64,000 nucleotides of DNA from an uncultured Candidatus Binatia bacterium (GTDB taxonomy: Bacteria > Desulfobacterota > Binatia > Bin18). Positions 61,595-64,000 of this stretch are shown in pieces. The notes beneath the pieces were generated by a model that was not told the DNA's origin, searched no databases, and worked only from the letters and a program-made list of their open reading frames with translations. Position 1 is the stretch's first letter, and every line of letters begins with the position of its first letter. The DNA lies in the NCBI GenBank assembly GCA_965200965.1, contig OZ241744.1:1792001-1856000 (forward strand), in the 5' to 3' direction. The position numbers and the translations under genes were made by a program.

Positions 61595-62428
61595 ATGACA
61601 GACCGCCTGGACCGCGAAAAAACCACGGCCATGTCCGCCGCCCGGGCGGCTGGCGCGCGTATTCGGGCGGTGTATGAGACGAACTATCGCGTCGATTACA
61701 AACACAACGACAGCCCGGTCACCGTTGCCGACCGCGAGGCCAACCACAAGATCCACCAGATTATCCACCAGGCCTTTCCGCACGACGGCTGGTTATCGGA
61801 AGAAACCACCGATTCCCCGGCCCGGCTGTCCAAACGCCGCGTGTGGGTTGTTGACCCGCTTGACGGGACCAAAGAGTTCATTGACAAAATCCCCGAGTTC
61901 GCCGTTTCGATCGGCCTGACTGAGGACGGTTGGCCTATCCTGGGCGTCATCTACTACCCGGCCCTGGACGAGTTGGTGTGGGCCGCGCGCGGCAGGGGAG
62001 CCTGGCACCGAACGAGTACAGCCGGAGAGACGCCGCTGCGCGTCAGCCCGACCGGGCGTTTGGTCAATGCAACGGTGTTGTCCAGCCGCTCAGAAACAAA
62101 ACGGGGCGAATGGAAGCCGTTTCGGTCCTTTTTTCACGCTCGACCGGCGGGCGGGATGGCCCATAAGCTGGCCATGATTGCCAAGGGCGAGGCTGACGCG
62201 ACCTTCACCCTCGTGCCAAAGAATGAGTGGGATGTGTGCGCCGGTGCTGTGCTGATCGAAGAGGCCGGCGGCACCCTCACCACACTGGGCGGCAAACCGG
62301 TGCGCTTCAACCAGGCTACCACCCTGCTCCAGGGGCTGGTGGCCAGCAACAGACTCCTCCATCCGCAACTCATGGCCGTGGTGACGCCCCACCTCAAAGA
62401 GCGCCACCAGACGGAAAAGCGTCGCTGA
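61595..62428 (+). CDS. cysQ: 3'(2'),5'-bisphosphate nucleotidase / inositol monophosphatase family
   Basis: SPVT.AD, LSEE, WVVDPLDGTKEF, SRS, EWDVCAG. Confidence 0.8.
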   Translation: MTDRLDREKTTAMSAARAAGARIRAVYETNYRVDYKHNDSPVTVADREANHKIHQIIHQAFPHDGWLSEETTDSPARLSKRRVWVVDPLDGTKEFIDKIPEFAVSIGLTEDGWPILGVIYYPALDELVWAARGRGAWHRTSTAGETPLRVSPTGRLVNATVLSSRSETKRGEWKPFRSFFHARPAGGMAHKLAMIAKGEADATFTLVPKNEWDVCAGAVLIEEAGGTLTTLGGKPVRFNQATTLLQGLVASNRLLHPQLMAVVTPHLKERHQTEKRR

Positions 62429-62508
62429 AGGGAGCGGGGGTGGACTCCCGACCTCGACGCCGGCAGCGGTCTATGCTAGGCTGGGCTGGCCTGCCACAGG
62501 AGAGTGTT

Positions 62509-62727
62509 ATGGCTCAGTTCGCCAGCCTTTTTCAGGGACATCCAAAGCCCCGCTGCCCGGCCTGCCACAAGTGGAACCGGGTGTATGTGACCGGCGGCTC
62601 GTTTCTGTCCGAATGTGTCTACTGTGGCGCGGCGCTCGATCGTTACCGGGCACCGGCTTGGCGGATCGGGGTTATTCTTGCCGCCAGCGCACTCGCCCTG
62701 GCCGCAATCCCCCTCCTCGCCCGCTAG
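62509..62727 (+). CDS. Small protein with a CxxC...CxxC Zn ribbon and a C-terminal TM helix
   Basis: AGGAG RBS; CPAC...CVYC; hydrophobic tail; 72 aa. Confidence 0.6.
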   Translation: MAQFASLFQGHPKPRCPACHKWNRVYVTGGSFLSECVYCGAALDRYRAPAWRIGVILAASALALAAIPLLAR

Positions 62728-63551
62728 TCCTTTTCGAGCGGCAGATCTTCCCGATTGCCCCACTCGGCCCACGAGGCATCATAGTTCCGCACCGTGTCAA
62801 AACCGACCAAGCGCAGGCTGAAGAGTCCGTGCGCCGCACGGATCCCCCCCTGTCAATAGGTGATAACTTCTGATTCAGGGGTGATGCCGGCCTCGGCAAA
62901 CATGGCCCGCAGATGGGAGGCCGGCTTGAACTTTTTGGTCTGGCTGTCAACACAGTTCAGCCATTCCAGGTGAACGGCACCGGGGATACGTCCCCCCCGC
63001 TTGGTGCCCCGTGCGTTCTCCCCGGTCCATTCGCCGTCGGAGCGGACATCAAGCAGCACCCGGCCGGGCTGCGCGATCGCGGCCCGGACATACTCCCAGC
63101 GGGCAAGCAACTCCTCGCGCACCCGTGGGCGAAAGCGTGCCGCGGCCCGCCTAGCCGGCGCATTCGTCAGCGGCCATCCCTCGGCTAACCAGGCGTCCCA
63201 GCCGCCGTTGAGAACCGCGGCCTTGGTGTGGCCATAATAATTGAGTGCCCACCACAGACGGGTGGCATACAGGCCACTAAATCCGTCGTAGGCAACCACC
63301 AGGGTATCGTCCCCGATCCCCAGCCCCCCCACGGTCTCGGCAAACTGCTCGGGCCCCATGATGTGCGGCGCGCCCTCTTTTTCTTTGAGATAATGGTGGC
63401 CGCGAAACGTCAGCGCCCCAGGAATATGCGCCCGGCGGTAAGCCTCACGGTTATCACAGTCCACGATACACAGCTTGGCGTCTTGGAGATGCTCGGCCAG
63501 CCAGTCGGTCTCAACCAGCATCTCCGGCCGACTATAGTTCTGGTCTGCCAT
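62724..63551 (-). CDS. Tandem-rhodanese sulfurtransferase (SseA/TST-like), predicted selenoprotein with Sec at codon 233
   Basis: HIPGA, ATRLWW.L, LNGG..AW, DVRS..EW.G, GRIPGA; TGA at 62855-62853 in VITY-U-QGGIRA; the frame continues to the rhodanese signature NYDASWAEWG and TAG at 62726-62724. Confidence 0.9.
62820..62852 (-). promoter_or_regulatory. Putative bacterial SECIS element
   Basis: Immediately 3' of UGA: CAGGGGGGGA-UCCGUGC-GGC-GCACGGA-CUCUUC; 7-bp stem starting at +11, loop starting with G at +18. Confidence 0.75.
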
Positions 63552-63783
63552 ACTCCGCTCTCCTTCGTGTTTCTTTTGGAATCGCGTCACAAATCACCAC
63601 CTGCTCGCCGTGCTGTAGCAAGTGGCACTAAATGCCGGCCCAGAAATCCTGTTCCGTGCGTACTCAAAATTGCCATGCTCTTGTCTTCCTGTGGCGTTTC
63701 TGCTCTTTACCATAGCCGGCCCCTGGCCGGCCAGCGGGAGATGTCGTAGACAAGCGGCGTCGGGTGTGAGGGAGGCAGCGCTT

Positions 63784-64000
63784 ATGAAATTCGGTATCGT
63801 TCCCATTAACCTGGGGGAGTTCACTGACCCGCAGATCATGATTCCGTTTGTGCAACAGGCCGAACGGCTCGGCTATGAGTCGATCTGGACGGCCGAGCAT
63901 ATCATTATCCCCAAACAGTATGACTCGGTGTATCCGTATAACCCCAGTGGCAAGGTGCCGTTTCAGCCCGACACCCCGATTATTGACCCGCTGGTTGCCC
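63784..64000 (+). CDS. LLM-class (probably F420-dependent) oxidoreductase, 5' part only
   Basis: MKFGI...AERLGYESIWTAEHIIIP....SVYPY...G.........DPLVA; GGAGG RBS; runs off the window. Confidence 0.85.
   Translation, partial: MKFGIVPINLGEFTDPQIMIPFVQQAERLGYESIWTAEHIIIPKQYDSVYPYNPSGKVPFQPDTPIIDPLVA

Overview
GC-rich bacterial chromosome segment. The gene content (DUF1302/DUF1329/YCF48/MMPL cassette, LLM-F420 enzyme, RRM proteins, tungsten AOR, dprA-topA-trmFO) suggests a deltaproteobacteria-like organism such as Binatia; this is inference only. Housekeeping genes: mfd (partial), accCB-aroQ, purHD, thiSGE, tRNA-Thr(CGT), argS, dprA-topA-trmFO and a cysQ-like gene. Accessory blocks: (i) a divergent DUF1329x2/AOR/MobA-MoaD/MMPL // YCF48/MMPL/DUF1302/GldAFG-like ABC cluster (5.5-23.2 kb); (ii) a decaying defence hotspot (34.4-41.6 kb) with TA remnants, a TIR gene, an AbiJ-like gene and a type I RM system, three of whose genes are frameshifted; (iii) an amide/amine catabolism-like block. 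The most notable signals are missed by the ORF track. First, two protein-coding genes each carry a 'perfect direct repeat - unique 33/34-bp insert - direct repeat' scar. One has type I-E CRISPR spacer-acquisition geometry at a site resembling a I-E repeat, so these are candidate natural off-target spacer integrations (neo-CRISPRs) that disrupt genes. Second, a rhodanese/sulfurtransferase has TGA at its catalytic Cys codon followed by a SECIS-like hairpin (likely selenoprotein). Third, a diverged duplicate of an aminotransferase 3' end brackets a TA mosaic. Fourth, a carboxylase pseudogene appears to have collapsed by internal deletion. Family assignments come from motif recognition by eye; no database searches were run.
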